64,000 bases of DNA from a virus. Each line of letters starts with the position of its first letter. Within the stretch, counting starts at the first letter, position 1. The notes below the pieces were generated by a model. That model had not been told where the DNA came from. It saw only the letters and a list, made by a program, of their open reading frames with translations, and searched no databases. The stretch is taken from positions 32,001 through 96,000 of IMG/VR virus record IMGVR_UViG_3300047553_000365; one strand, written 5' to 3'. This document shows positions 9,843 through 19,097 of this stretch, piece by piece. Both the position numbers and the translations under genes were made by a program.

Positions 9843-10387
9843 AGTTGTTCTTTGTATGCTTTAAGAATCTCTTCAACTTGTTTAATATCAAAGGTTTGGC
9901 AACCCACGATTACTTTATCCCCCTCCACAATTGCATCATACTTATCATTAAGCTTTACAATCTTATGAGGGACTTCATAAACATCCTCAAAAGGAAGGGA
10001 TCGCGCACCATCCTTTTCAGTAATATATACACAATAGCCATGTTTCTCAGTATGTTCTAGAACAGAGACAGACTTATATCCATCCACTTTACCATCCAAG
10101 TCGATCTTTACTTCTTTCACAACAAAAGAGGTTCTGCTATTGCCTCTTACTCTCTTGCCCACAAGCTTACAGGCTTCTTCATATTTCTTCTGAATCTCTA
10201 CCAATTTAGGATGCATATTAGTATCATTGTCCATTGGTTGAAAGCGATTGCGATTATAATAATTCCTCTTTCCCCTATCATTTAGGATAGTATAATACTT
10301 ATCACATTCATCCAAGACTTCATAAATCTTACCAAGGGTAAGTTCATCCGATGCACCATATCTATCAAAGCATTTTACAGTTTTCAT
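9839..10387 (-). CDS. hypothetical protein, paralog family A
   Basis: Start moved to MKTVKC; C-terminal KLNDKYDAIVEGDKVIVGCQTF. Confidence 0.75.
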   Translation of the reverse strand: MKTVKCFDRYGASDELTLGKIYEVLDECDKYYTILNDRGKRNYYNRNRFQPMDNDTNMHPKLVEIQKKYEEACKLVGKRVRGNSRTSFVVKEVKIDLDGKVDGYKSVSVLEHTEKHGYCVYITEKDGARSLPFEDVYEVPHKIVKLNDKYDAIVEGDKVIVGCQTFDIKQVEEILKAYKEQL

Positions 10388-10388
10388 A

Positions 10389-11351
10389 TTAAAGGTCAAG
10401 TAGATTTTGAATGTCTTGTTTGGTAAACACTCCCTGCCCAATGGTAACAGATTTAAGGGGTTTACAGTCGTCAAAATAATCGGTAATCATGATATGATAA
10501 ATAGCCTTCAGTTGGCTCTTACTAATCTTGGCACAACCAAACTTAAAATAGTTTCCCTTATCCTCTGCGGTATATCCATTGATAATCACCACAGGTTTAG
10601 GACGAGTATCATAGGATTCTTCATTAAGATTATCAGGATCAAGAGGATATCCCCCTGTAACACCATCAGGCCAGTTTGCATCCAATGTTACATAATAGCC
10701 ATACTTTTTAAAATATTGTTTTTTATGAGGGTTATTATTCGTTCCTGCACAATCGAAATGAATCTTAAATCCCGTCACAGAAGAAGTAGAAATATTCTTT
10801 TCTCCAAATCGAGACTTAATAAATTTACCAACAAGAGAGGATGCATATTCCACAGTCTCTTGCAGCTTAGGGTATTTTTCTTGTTTAGTATTCATAGGTT
10901 CGTCTTTCACAATTTCAAGGTAATAAAGATCATTATATCCGTGTGCTGAACTAGTAGATAAATGAGGGTTATCCCAAGTTTTATCCACAGTAGAAGAATA
11001 GCAGATAAAGATAACATCCTTAGCACTCCATCCCCATCCTCTAGGAATATACTTATATCCTTGTGGTAGAACAGGAGGATCACATTTAATTTTAGGATCA
11101 AGGTCTTTGGCTTTCATAGTATTAGGTTCGTCTTTTACAATTTCAAGGTAATAAACATCTTCCTGTCCATTAGCTCTCATAGAAAAATTATCATAGGACG
11201 GATTACACATCCAACGGTCAGTAGAGATAAAATAACAAAGATAATTAACATTTTCTGCCGTCCACCCCCATCCTCTAGGAATATACTTATATCCCTTCTT
11301 AAGAACAGGAGGGTTAAATTGAATTTTAGGATCAAGGTCTTTGGCTTTCAT
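10389..11351 (-). CDS. hypothetical protein with tandem 78-aa duplication and a family-A-like C-terminus
   Basis: MKAKDLDPKI...YYLEIVKDEP present twice (ATGs at 11351 and 11117). Confidence 0.75.
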   Translation of the reverse strand: MKAKDLDPKIQFNPPVLKKGYKYIPRGWGWTAENVNYLCYFISTDRWMCNPSYDNFSMRANGQEDVYYLEIVKDEPNTMKAKDLDPKIKCDPPVLPQGYKYIPRGWGWSAKDVIFICYSSTVDKTWDNPHLSTSSAHGYNDLYYLEIVKDEPMNTKQEKYPKLQETVEYASSLVGKFIKSRFGEKNISTSSVTGFKIHFDCAGTNNNPHKKQYFKKYGYYVTLDANWPDGVTGGYPLDPDNLNEESYDTRPKPVVIINGYTAEDKGNYFKFGCAKISKSQLKAIYHIMITDYFDDCKPLKSVTIGQGVFTKQDIQNLLDL

Positions 11352-12190
11352 ACTTCATCAATGCTTTGAATTTCAAACTCATCCATATATTCTTCCGAAT
11401 CCACAAAGGATTCTGAATGATTAACATTCAGAATGGTAATCTTATCACTATGAAAGACATTACCCTTAATGTTTTTAATATGTTCTTCCAAGGCAGTTTC
11501 ATCTCCATCAAATTCTACCTCAACAATATTATTCTGCCAAACTTTAATCAACTGGTCAATGTTTATTTCGTATTTCATGGGTATAGTATAGGTCGGTTTT
11601 AGTTACTTGGTAAGAACAATGAGAACAATCATGGCAGTAATAAATAGGAAAAAGCCAATGACGGGAATTAGTAAAGGAATCCATAGAGGAGAATAAATCC
11701 ACTTCCAATTCCATTCTACCACTCCAAGAATCTTAAGAGCAATAAAGGCAATTACAATAATCAGTAGTATAATTCCAATAGCCATATTAAAGAAATCTAA
11801 GAGTTATAGCAATACCTGCACAAAAGATGCCACAGACAAACATAAGGGCAATAAGAATTGGCCTAAACATTTTCTCATCAAGAGTTACATCCTCATAATC
11901 CACAAATCCAAGTAAGTAGAAGATAGGAGCAATGATGCCAATCAATCCCGCAATCTCAATAGAATGTTGTAGAATATTCATGGGGTTACTCTCTTCCAAA
12001 ATGCATGAAGCTTCTTATCATCATAGAAACAATCTGCATCAGTTCCAGTAATGGCATTATACATTTCAGGCGACACATGAAACAACGCATTCATTGTGAG
12101 TTGTCCTTGCCTAAGATACTTAACATCTTCATTATATTCAAGAATCTTAATATGAAGTGCCAGCAATTGAGATTGTGTAAGCTTTTCCAT
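11348..12190 (-). CDS. four small hypothetical/membrane proteins (11348-11578, 11603-11785, 11787-11999, 11978-12190)
   Basis: Contiguous 60-76 aa ORFs; two are hydrophobic. Confidence 0.55.
11585..11605 (-). promoter_or_regulatory. phage promoter motif copy 6
   Basis: TAACTAAAACCG-ACC-TATACT, 6 nt to ATG 11578. Confidence 0.75.
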
Positions 12191-12334
12191 TTTTGTGATA
12201 GTTTAGAAAATTGGGGTAGTATCGGTGTCACTACCATATTCCGAGAGGGACTGCCTCTATTATGTCAAAGCCCGTATTTTGTTTATTTGTCTCAGTCAGC
12301 TTAACGCAATGTTAGTGACTTATTTATGTATTTA

Positions 12335-12583
12335 TTATTGGGCTTTAAGATTTGCAAGGCGCATTTTAGCACGCACAATTTCAAGTTTAAGTTCCTTAAC
12401 CTTAAGGTTCTTCATAACTTCAATATAATCAGATTGCGGAGGAATCGCAGTAACAGAATCGGCAAACAGAATGTTTACCACACAGCAATTAAGGTTTGCT
12501 TGATTAACTGCCCTACGGCTAAGTTGCACAAGAGTTTCCTTCTTAAGAGGTTGAATGTCAATACTTTTGATTGGAGTCTTCAT
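12335..12583 (-). CDS. hypothetical protein
   Basis: Start moved to MKTPIK, 6 nt after a promoter motif. Confidence 0.6.
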   Translation of the reverse strand: MKTPIKSIDIQPLKKETLVQLSRRAVNQANLNCCVVNILFADSVTAIPPQSDYIEVMKNLKVKELKLEIVRAKMRLANLKAQ

Positions 12584-12589
12584 GCCCAC

Positions 12590-12610
12590 AGTATATCCCG
12601 GTTTTAATTA
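12590..12610 (-). promoter_or_regulatory. phage promoter motif copy 7
   Basis: TAATTAAAACCG-GGA-TATACT, 6 nt to ATG 12583; first TAA is the upstream stop codon. Confidence 0.8.
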
Positions 12611-13006
12611 ATAGTTACCGAAGTAATAGATTCCGTCATTTTCTTCATATTGTTGGTATTTTGGATAAGGAATAGGTTCTGGTTCAGGTTCCTCTGAATA
12701 GATTAGATATCCTTCCTTATCATAGAGATACTTATATTCCTTTTTACCATCAAGAATATATTGATACCTAAGAATGCCAGTATCAAAGTATCTATACTTC
12801 TCTATGAAAGTCTTTCCACTAGTATGCTTAACAAGATTATTATTCTTATCATACTTCCAAGTCTGCTCCATACCAGTAGATGAAAGAGTCCTAGAAACAT
12901 TATTCTTATCATCGTATTCAATCCAACGCTCGTAGTTCGGACCTTTACGATGAATCATTCTACCCTTTTCATCTCTGGTAGTAACTGGAAGTTTGAAGCT
13001 AATCAT
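12608..13006 (-). CDS. YD/RHS-like repeat protein
   Basis: Repeated (E/K)YD-x-x-(N/G)-(N/Y)-(V/L) units: EYDDKNNV, KYDKNNNL, LYDKEGYL. Confidence 0.5.
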   Translation of the reverse strand: MISFKLPVTTRDEKGRMIHRKGPNYERWIEYDDKNNVSRTLSSTGMEQTWKYDKNNNLVKHTSGKTFIEKYRYFDTGILRYQYILDGKKEYKYLYDKEGYLIYSEEPEPEPIPYPKYQQYEENDGIYYFGNY

Positions 13007-13364
13007 AATTCAATAACCTTCTTGGAGGAAATCTCCCGTTAGTAATACCTACAACCTTACACCATTTCTTAAAGCTTTTACCATGAAACTCAAGTTTTCC
13101 CTTCTCATCATAGAAAGTTCCTCTTTCATCATAGTCTAACTTATGAGCAAGTTCATGTTTCAATACCCATTCAAACAGAGGAAAGTATTCCAAACATTGA
13201 TTGCTAATTCTTATCTCATTCGCATCATCAGCCCAAACATACTGCCCAAGGTTGCACTTACTATTATCAAGAACATCATGGAAGGTGACTTTTGTATCAG
13301 CCACCTTCCATTGCTTAAGAGTTAAGCGAGCATAAAGCTCTGCTTCTTCTCTGGTAATTCCCAT
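12999..13364 (-). CDS. SprT-like zinc metalloprotease domain protein
   Basis: LKHELAH and HGKSFK motifs; start moved to MGITREE. Confidence 0.7.
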   Translation of the reverse strand: MGITREEAELYARLTLKQWKVADTKVTFHDVLDNSKCNLGQYVWADDANEIRISNQCLEYFPLFEWVLKHELAHKLDYDERGTFYDEKGKLEFHGKSFKKWCKVVGITNGRFPPRRLLNYD

Positions 13365-13365
13365 A

Positions 13366-14495
13366 TTAATAAGGATTGCTATTACTCTTGCAGAAGTTAC
13401 CAGCAACAATCTTACCATACTTCTTTTGAACAAACTTTCTGCCATTCAAAAGACTATGGGTAGTCATAAGCATACCACCCTTTGGTTTCTTGAACACTTC
13501 CGAACGCCATGACGACTTCAACGGTTTATGCGAATTGTTAATCATTGTTTTGGTTTTCTATTAGTTTACCTTCAGGGACTTCCCTATCAGTAAGAATTTT
13601 AGCAGCAGCCTCCACTACATCACGAATAGACTTGTTTTCAGTTCCGAAAACAGTATATTCATAAGTTTGAAAGCCATCACTAATTCTTATTACCCATTTG
13701 ATTGAGTAATCCTGATTAGGATTTTCCATAGGTGTATTATAGGGCGGTTTTAATCCCCCATATCTTGAAGGGGACGCTTAGAATAGTTCTTGCGTTGATT
13801 ATGCTTACTATTCTTATTATCCCATCCAGTATCGCAGCATTCACCCTTGAATACTTTGTTACCATTTGTCTGCATATCCTTAAGTGAAGGATATCCATGT
13901 TTCCGTGCTTGTTTTGTATTGCTATTTGCCATATGTTTGTTTTGTTTGTTTACCAATCGAGAAGTAGAATTTTTCCCCCATATACACAGAGGTTATCATA
14001 GTGACTATCCACATATCTTTCATCAATAGCTCTAGGACATTTATAGATACTTTCATTATCTTCCCCAATAACCTTAACCTTTGGTTGAATGGTTAGAAAG
14101 TATTGATATTGCTTCCAACAATCAGTATCATAATGATAGACCATTGTGGGAATTCTATGAGACTTACTAGGAATAGATGAAACATTATAAGCCAACTTAA
14201 TAACTTGTCTATGTCCAATAAATGTCACCCCTGTAGAATGACAAGGATAAAATCCAAGTCTCTTAAACTTATTCTCATACTTCAAAAGCTTGTTATAAAG
14301 ATCACTCTCATAGATTTGAGGAGTATGTTTTTTAGGATTAGGAATAGGAGGATTAAGAATCTGCTTAATAAGCGGAGCCAACATTTTATCCATGAGTTCC
14401 ATTGCATCGACAATTTGTTTGTCCAGCTTCTTAATTTCTCCAAATCCTGCAACTTGTTTGAAATGTTTCATTTGATTGTAATCATTTGTGGCCAA
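13366..14495 (-). CDS. four hypothetical proteins (13366-13545, 13538-13729, 13750-13956, 13950-14495)
   Basis: Contiguous ORFs; 13366-13545 found by hand translation (59 aa, basic). Confidence 0.55.
13736..13756 (-). promoter_or_regulatory. phage promoter motif copy 8
   Basis: ATTAAAACCG-CCC-TATAAT, 6 nt to ATG 13729. Confidence 0.8.
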
Positions 14496-14905
14496 TCAGG
14501 TTTAATAGTTCCATTCTTACTATTAGCCAAGGTTATATGAAGTCCACGATATCTATCACCATCTTTAATTCCTAGAGCGGCTTTAATTCCTTCAATTTCT
14601 CTAGAATAGACTTTAAGATAATACATGATGAACCCTTTTTTGTATCCACCTTCGATGATATATGGGTCATACTCAAAGTCCACAGATTGTTTATGATATC
14701 CCTTTGCAGCTTGCCAGTCGATTTCATGTTTATTAACTACATTGTTATAGATTGTAATATGCGCTCCATGCATAGGAGTATTCATTTTAATCCAATACCT
14801 TTTGGAAATAAACCAGTAGTAATAGTTTACAAAATCCCTAGAGATATCCACCACAATCCTATTATGGTCTTTCTCTACTGAAATTTTACCACTAGCTTTC
14901 AACAT
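14468..14905 (-). CDS. 2H phosphoesterase superfamily protein
   Basis: Two HxT motifs (GAHITIY, GLHITLA) about 80 aa apart in a 145 aa protein. Confidence 0.7.
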   Translation of the reverse strand: MLKASGKISVEKDHNRIVVDISRDFVNYYYWFISKRYWIKMNTPMHGAHITIYNNVVNKHEIDWQAAKGYHKQSVDFEYDPYIIEGGYKKGFIMYYLKVYSREIEGIKAALGIKDGDRYRGLHITLANSKNGTIKPDWPQMITIK

Positions 14906-14910
14906 TCCTT

Positions 14911-14931
14911 ATTGTAGTCCGGTTTTAATTA
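14911..14931 (-). promoter_or_regulatory. phage promoter motif copy 9
   Basis: TAATTAAAACCG-GAC-TACAAT, 5 nt to ATG 14905. Confidence 0.8.
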
Positions 14932-15261
14932 ATCATAATCCCAAGGATCAATTTCTTTCACCCTACCTTTTTGGGGAATCTTATCAAACTGTTCAGTATT
15001 AATAAGATCACGGGTAGCGGCTCTATCTTTCTTTTTAGTATATCTTTTAACAATTTTAGAAAGTGCCGTGGATTGTTTGTTATTAGAAGTCCAAGTTTCT
15101 GCCAAATTGATAAGTTCTCTTGAAGTATAAGAATACTCTCCACCTTCAAAAAGGTTGTGTTGAATTTTGTAAAGATTTTTATTAACTTTACGAATGTTCA
15201 CACACCAAGAACAATTCTCCTTAACAAGTTTTATTGCCTCTTTAATATTCATTTGCGGCAT
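14929..15261 (-). CDS. hypothetical basic protein
   Basis: 110 aa; stop codon is part of the promoter motif. Confidence 0.6.
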   Translation of the reverse strand: MPQMNIKEAIKLVKENCSWCVNIRKVNKNLYKIQHNLFEGGEYSYTSRELINLAETWTSNNKQSTALSKIVKRYTKKKDRAATRDLINTEQFDKIPQKGRVKEIDPWDYD

Positions 15262-15773
15262 TTGAATTTAAGTTCTCCTCCACACAAGTTACAAGAATAA
15301 ATTGTCCCCCTTCTAATCCTATTATGCCTAATAGAGCTAAGATGATGTTCCTTACACTTACACTCATAGACATAATTCCTACCACCCTTAACCTTAGTAA
15401 CACTAATGTCATAGTTATGACAACGGCTAGGTTCAAGACCATAAACCTTAATCATAATATCTTGCCAAGACTTACCATGAATGTCCCGGCGACCACCCTT
15501 GTATTGATAACCATTAACTTCCTTATCAATCCAATGAGCAACTTCATGAGGAACAGTCCTATTAAGGAAATCCTCTTTATGATGCTCTGCGAAATCCAAT
15601 TGGAACATAAGTTCTTTCTTGGTAAAGTTACAATAACCACCCCAAGTTCCTTTACGCTTAAAGATGATATTGTTTGGGCGAGAAAACTTTCTACCATAGA
15701 AGTCTTCTGCTTGTTTGAAACATTGTAATACTTTGATTACAATTTGATCTTTCATGGGAAGTGTATCGATCAT
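15249..15773 (-). CDS. sprT: SprT-family zinc metalloprotease
   Basis: TVPHEVAH, HGKSW, C-terminal YECKC...H...YSCNLCG zinc ribbon. Confidence 0.85.
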   Translation of the reverse strand: MIDTLPMKDQIVIKVLQCFKQAEDFYGRKFSRPNNIIFKRKGTWGGYCNFTKKELMFQLDFAEHHKEDFLNRTVPHEVAHWIDKEVNGYQYKGGRRDIHGKSWQDIMIKVYGLEPSRCHNYDISVTKVKGGRNYVYECKCKEHHLSSIRHNRIRRGTIYSCNLCGGELKFKCRK

Positions 15774-15779
15774 GCCTAA

Positions 15780-15800
15780 AGTATACCCCGGTTTTAATCA
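15780..15800 (-). promoter_or_regulatory. phage promoter motif copy 10
   Basis: ATTAAAACCG-GGG-TATACT, 6 nt to ATG 15773. Confidence 0.8.
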
Positions 15801-16514
15801 ATTAATTGTGGATGGTAAATCAACGAAGCCTCTCCAACTGCAATATACCAATAACAATTCTTTTCTTTAGGATGTTTTACAAATACATTAGATTCATAAA
15901 CTTGTTCAAACATGAATCGTTCACAGAATGGTTTAGGATTTTCTGGATCAAGTTTGGGAGCATTAATCAAATCATCCACAGAAATCAAATCATCCTTGAT
16001 TTGTTCTGTAGTATTCTTATTAATATTCTCTACCCAATCCTTCCATTCAATTACTTTAAACATAGTGTTAGTTAGTTAGATATTTTTCAATCCATTCATC
16101 TGTCATAATTTTTCCCTTACTAAGTTCATTTATTTTAATACAAGAATGAGTCTTACCATCCAATCTGGACCCCTCTTTACAATTATACCTCACAATTTGA
16201 AATCCGAATTTTTTCAAAAATTTAAAGACTTCTTTTTTTCTGCTAAACCATTTAAATAATTGCACGGGACCACGAAATCCAAACTTAAGATCTTCTATAT
16301 CAAAATGTCCAATATGAGGAATATCCCTTTTAGGTCCGGGGTGAGTTCTTGTATTATATACATCCACATTAAAAGTTTTTAATGCGAGAGAAACAAGGGT
16401 GCTACCGTATTTCTCATCCAAGATCTTATATTCTTCACTATTCTCACTAAATTCGTGAGTATAGGGGCCAAGTTTACTTTTCTTATGTTCTACTCTGTAA
16501 AAGTATTTACTCAT
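15794..16514 (-). CDS. two hypothetical proteins (15794-16063, 16068-16514)
   Basis: 89 aa and 148 aa ORFs in operon. Confidence 0.6.
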
Positions 16515-16515
16515 T

Positions 16516-16929
16516 TTAGTTAGATGCTAGACGAAATGATTTAAGATAGCGAGCAAATTGAAGATCCTTATAAATTTTTGGTTGCAACCATTCCAGATCA
16601 GGATCATTCTCATACTTAGAAATATCCATACCATAAACATCTTCTGGCACAATAAAAGCTATTGCACTTACAGAGTTATTAAGATCAGGTTCTTGGAATG
16701 ATGCGAAGTCCATCTTAAACTTAATAAGTTCTCTTTCTCGTTCAAGCATATCATTGGAACCACCACCATCCAAGACAATAAAGGTCTTATGGTTTTTAGC
16801 AAACTCTTTATAGAGTTTCTTATTACCATAATCAAGTTGATATTCCACAGCAGCATGTCCTACCTGAATACCTTTTTGTATACCACTAAGGTTATACATC
16901 ACAAAGAAATACATTCTAAGTCCTTTCAT
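16516..16929 (-). CDS. peptidyl-tRNA hydrolase II (PTH2)-fold protein
   Basis: MYFFV...LSGIQKGIQVGHA...IVLDG...FQEPDLNNSVSAIAF pattern. Confidence 0.65.
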   Translation of the reverse strand: MKGLRMYFFVMYNLSGIQKGIQVGHAAVEYQLDYGNKKLYKEFAKNHKTFIVLDGGGSNDMLERERELIKFKMDFASFQEPDLNNSVSAIAFIVPEDVYGMDISKYENDPDLEWLQPKIYKDLQFARYLKSFRLASN

Positions 16930-16931
16930 AA

Positions 16932-17489
16932 TTAAGAGAGTCTTTTAACAAACAACACAATATTATCCTGACTAGGAATTTCCACATCAATATAAGTTTC
17001 AAGCAAATCACCCAATGAAATAGAATAAATTCTCATTTGATCCTTAACATGAGTAATATTTCCATTAACATAACTATGCACAAGTTCTTCCAAGGTAGGA
17101 GGATTGTTATACAGCAAACGCTTATAATCTTCTGCATTAACTTTAGGACAATCCTTTCCTTCCCATTCCTCGGAAAACTTATCAATAGCTTCTTCCAAAA
17201 GAGAAAAGCAAGTATAATCTGCAACCGTCTCAAAAGGTTCATTACCAAGAACGATGAGAAGCCACAAAGTTTCCTTGGGATAATCAGGATGCTTAATAAA
17301 AAGCTCTGCTGAATCCACACCACTAATCAAATTAGTAGCTAGATTAATCTTCTCATCATTATTATTACCAACGATGAATTCATCTTCATCCCCTCCATCA
17401 TTAACTTTGTAAAGTTCAAAGTTATATTCCTTAACAAGAATATTCAGGAGAGACTTAACAACTGGAGTCCAATTATTGTAAGTTTTCAT
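16932..17489 (-). CDS. hypothetical protein
   Basis: Start moved to MKTYNN, 6 nt after a promoter motif. Confidence 0.65.
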   Translation of the reverse strand: MKTYNNWTPVVKSLLNILVKEYNFELYKVNDGGDEDEFIVGNNNDEKINLATNLISGVDSAELFIKHPDYPKETLWLLIVLGNEPFETVADYTCFSLLEEAIDKFSEEWEGKDCPKVNAEDYKRLLYNNPPTLEELVHSYVNGNITHVKDQMRIYSISLGDLLETYIDVEIPSQDNIVLFVKRLS

Positions 17490-17495
17490 GCCCAA

Positions 17496-17516
17496 AGTAT
17501 AGGTCGGTTTTAATTA
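17496..17516 (-). promoter_or_regulatory. phage promoter motif copy 11
   Basis: TAATTAAAACCG-ACC-TATACT, 6 nt to ATG 17489. Confidence 0.8.
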
Positions 17517-17520
17517 CTGT

Positions 17521-17937
17521 TTACTTGGATATTTTTAGAATCAGTTGATATTCCGTATACTCTTCATTGGGACCAAACTTATCATCCTCGATTGTTTCAA
17601 TTCTGTGAAGTTCAAGCTTACCCTTAGTCCAATCATTGACTGTAGTGTAGTCGGTATAATGTTTAGTCACATCCTTATTAATATAAAGAGTTAGTCCTTC
17701 ATGCGTAACTTCTGCAAACTTTGGAATAATAACTTCATCCCTAACAACATTCGTAACAGTATTAGGGGCGAATAAACAAAAGATAGTTGCCACAATAGCG
17801 TTTAGCATGAGTCCTAGGATAATACCGCACACAAAATTTGCAACAGTATCACCAACATCCTCATACATACATGAAAGTATACATAAGTAAAAGACAATCG
17901 CAGCCACTATAAGGTATGTAATTTCGTAACCAGTCAT
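17521..17937 (-). CDS. membrane protein, hypothetical
   Basis: Two N-terminal hydrophobic helices. Confidence 0.65.
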   Translation of the reverse strand: MTGYEITYLIVAAIVFYLCILSCMYEDVGDTVANFVCGIILGLMLNAIVATIFCLFAPNTVTNVVRDEVIIPKFAEVTHEGLTLYINKDVTKHYTDYTTVNDWTKGKLELHRIETIEDDKFGPNEEYTEYQLILKISK

Positions 17938-17954
17938 ATTATATTATTCTAATG

Positions 17955-18027
17955 TAGGGGCAGTAGGATTTGAACCTACGACCCAAGGATTATGAGTCCT
18001 CTGCTCTAACCACTGAGCTATACCCCT
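17955..18027 (-). tRNA. tRNA with CAU anticodon (Ile2/lysidine type or Met)
   Basis: 73-nt cloverleaf AGGGGTATAGCTCAGTGGTTAGAGCAGAGGA-CTCATAA-TCCTTGGGTCGTAGGTTCAAATCCTACTGCCCCTA; CCA not encoded. Confidence 0.9.
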
Positions 18028-18033
18028 ATGTTA

Positions 18034-18835
18034 TTAATTAGTGCAAACACGCTCACGCATAATTTGAAATACTGTTTGCTTAAGAAGATCACTACCAATA
18101 CTCAATCCTAAAAAATTAACACTCTCTAGTTCATGCACACGGTCAAGAAAGGTATCCAATTGATGCCTTTCATCTTCCTTAAGACCTTTAGTATCAAATA
18201 CTCCAATAGGTGTAGTTGCTCTAATAAAATACCTGTTTTCCCATCCGTCTACTCTCCATTTCATAGTCATATTATTTGTTTGGTTTATGTTTCTTTAACA
18301 GCTTTAAACAAAGTTTTCCTAATTCATCATCTCCAAAGTGTTGTTTAATTATATGCGACACTAAAGCTTTTTCACTTTTCAATCCATTACAAACCCAAAG
18401 TTCTCCCTTCTTAGAATATCCCCAAGTTCCTCCCCAAACATTAGGATCACACTTATGGAATTCGTATCCTGCAAGTTTTACTATTTCTTCGTATGTCATA
18501 GATTACATTTTCTGTAAAACTTCCCGAACCCTTTCCGCAGCTTCCAACTTAAAATTAACCCCATCTTCAAAATCAATAAACCAATCCAACAAAAACAATT
18601 CAACTGCTTGAAACATGGCCAAAGAATCAAGATCAGTAGAGAAACAACAAAAGCCACCATTACCATATTGCGCTCCAATTTCTGCCAATTTATGTTCGCA
18701 GTCTCCTCTACGAATAATGTAAACATTAGAAGGATCAACATCCCACAAAATCCCCAACAATTTCTTTAGGGCATCTTCTGGTTGATAATTTTTATATTGT
18801 TCAACAAAATTATTCATATTAGTTGTAGTTTTCAT
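18034..18835 (-). CDS. three small hypothetical proteins (18034-18270, 18272-18499, 18503-18835)
   Basis: Contiguous ORFs after a promoter motif. Confidence 0.6.
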
Positions 18836-18841
18836 AGTCTT

Positions 18842-18862
18842 ATTGTATCCCGGTTTTAATTA
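18842..18862 (-). promoter_or_regulatory. phage promoter motif copy 12
   Basis: TAATTAAAACCG-GGA-TACAAT, 6 nt to ATG 18835. Confidence 0.8.
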
Positions 18863-18868
18863 CTTAAG

Positions 18869-18943
18869 TGGTGTTACATATTGGAATCGAACCAATCACC
18901 CGTCAGTTATAAACCAACCGCTCTACCAATGAGCTAATGTAAC
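18869..18943 (-). tRNA. tRNA-Ile(UAU)
   Basis: GTTACAT acceptor, AGCTCATTGGTAGAGC D arm, GTTGG-TTTATAA-CTGAC anticodon arm, ATTGGTTCGATTCCAAT T arm, encoded CCA. Confidence 0.85.
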
Positions 18944-18957
18944 ATTTATTATTACAG

Positions 18958-19086
18958 TGGCATGGGTGGGAATCGAACCCACACGCCCTAAACGGGCAAC
19001 GGATTTTGACGATTAATATAATATTGTTTCAACTATATTAATCGGTTTAAAAAGTCCGTAGCGTCTACCAATTCCGCCACCATGCC
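18958..19086 (-). tRNA. tRNA-Leu (UAA or CAA) interrupted by a 44-nt insert in the anticodon loop
   Basis: GGCATGG/CCATGCC acceptor, TGGCGGAATTGGTAGACGC D arm, ACGGA/TCCGT anticodon stem, long variable arm, GTGGGTTCGATTCCCAC T arm; 129 nt minus 44 = 85 nt. Confidence 0.85.
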
Positions 19087-19097
19087 ATTAACTCTAT

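Noticed and set aside
19008-19052. Self-splicing group I intron in tRNA-Leu
   Set aside because: 44 nt is far too short for the catalytic core.
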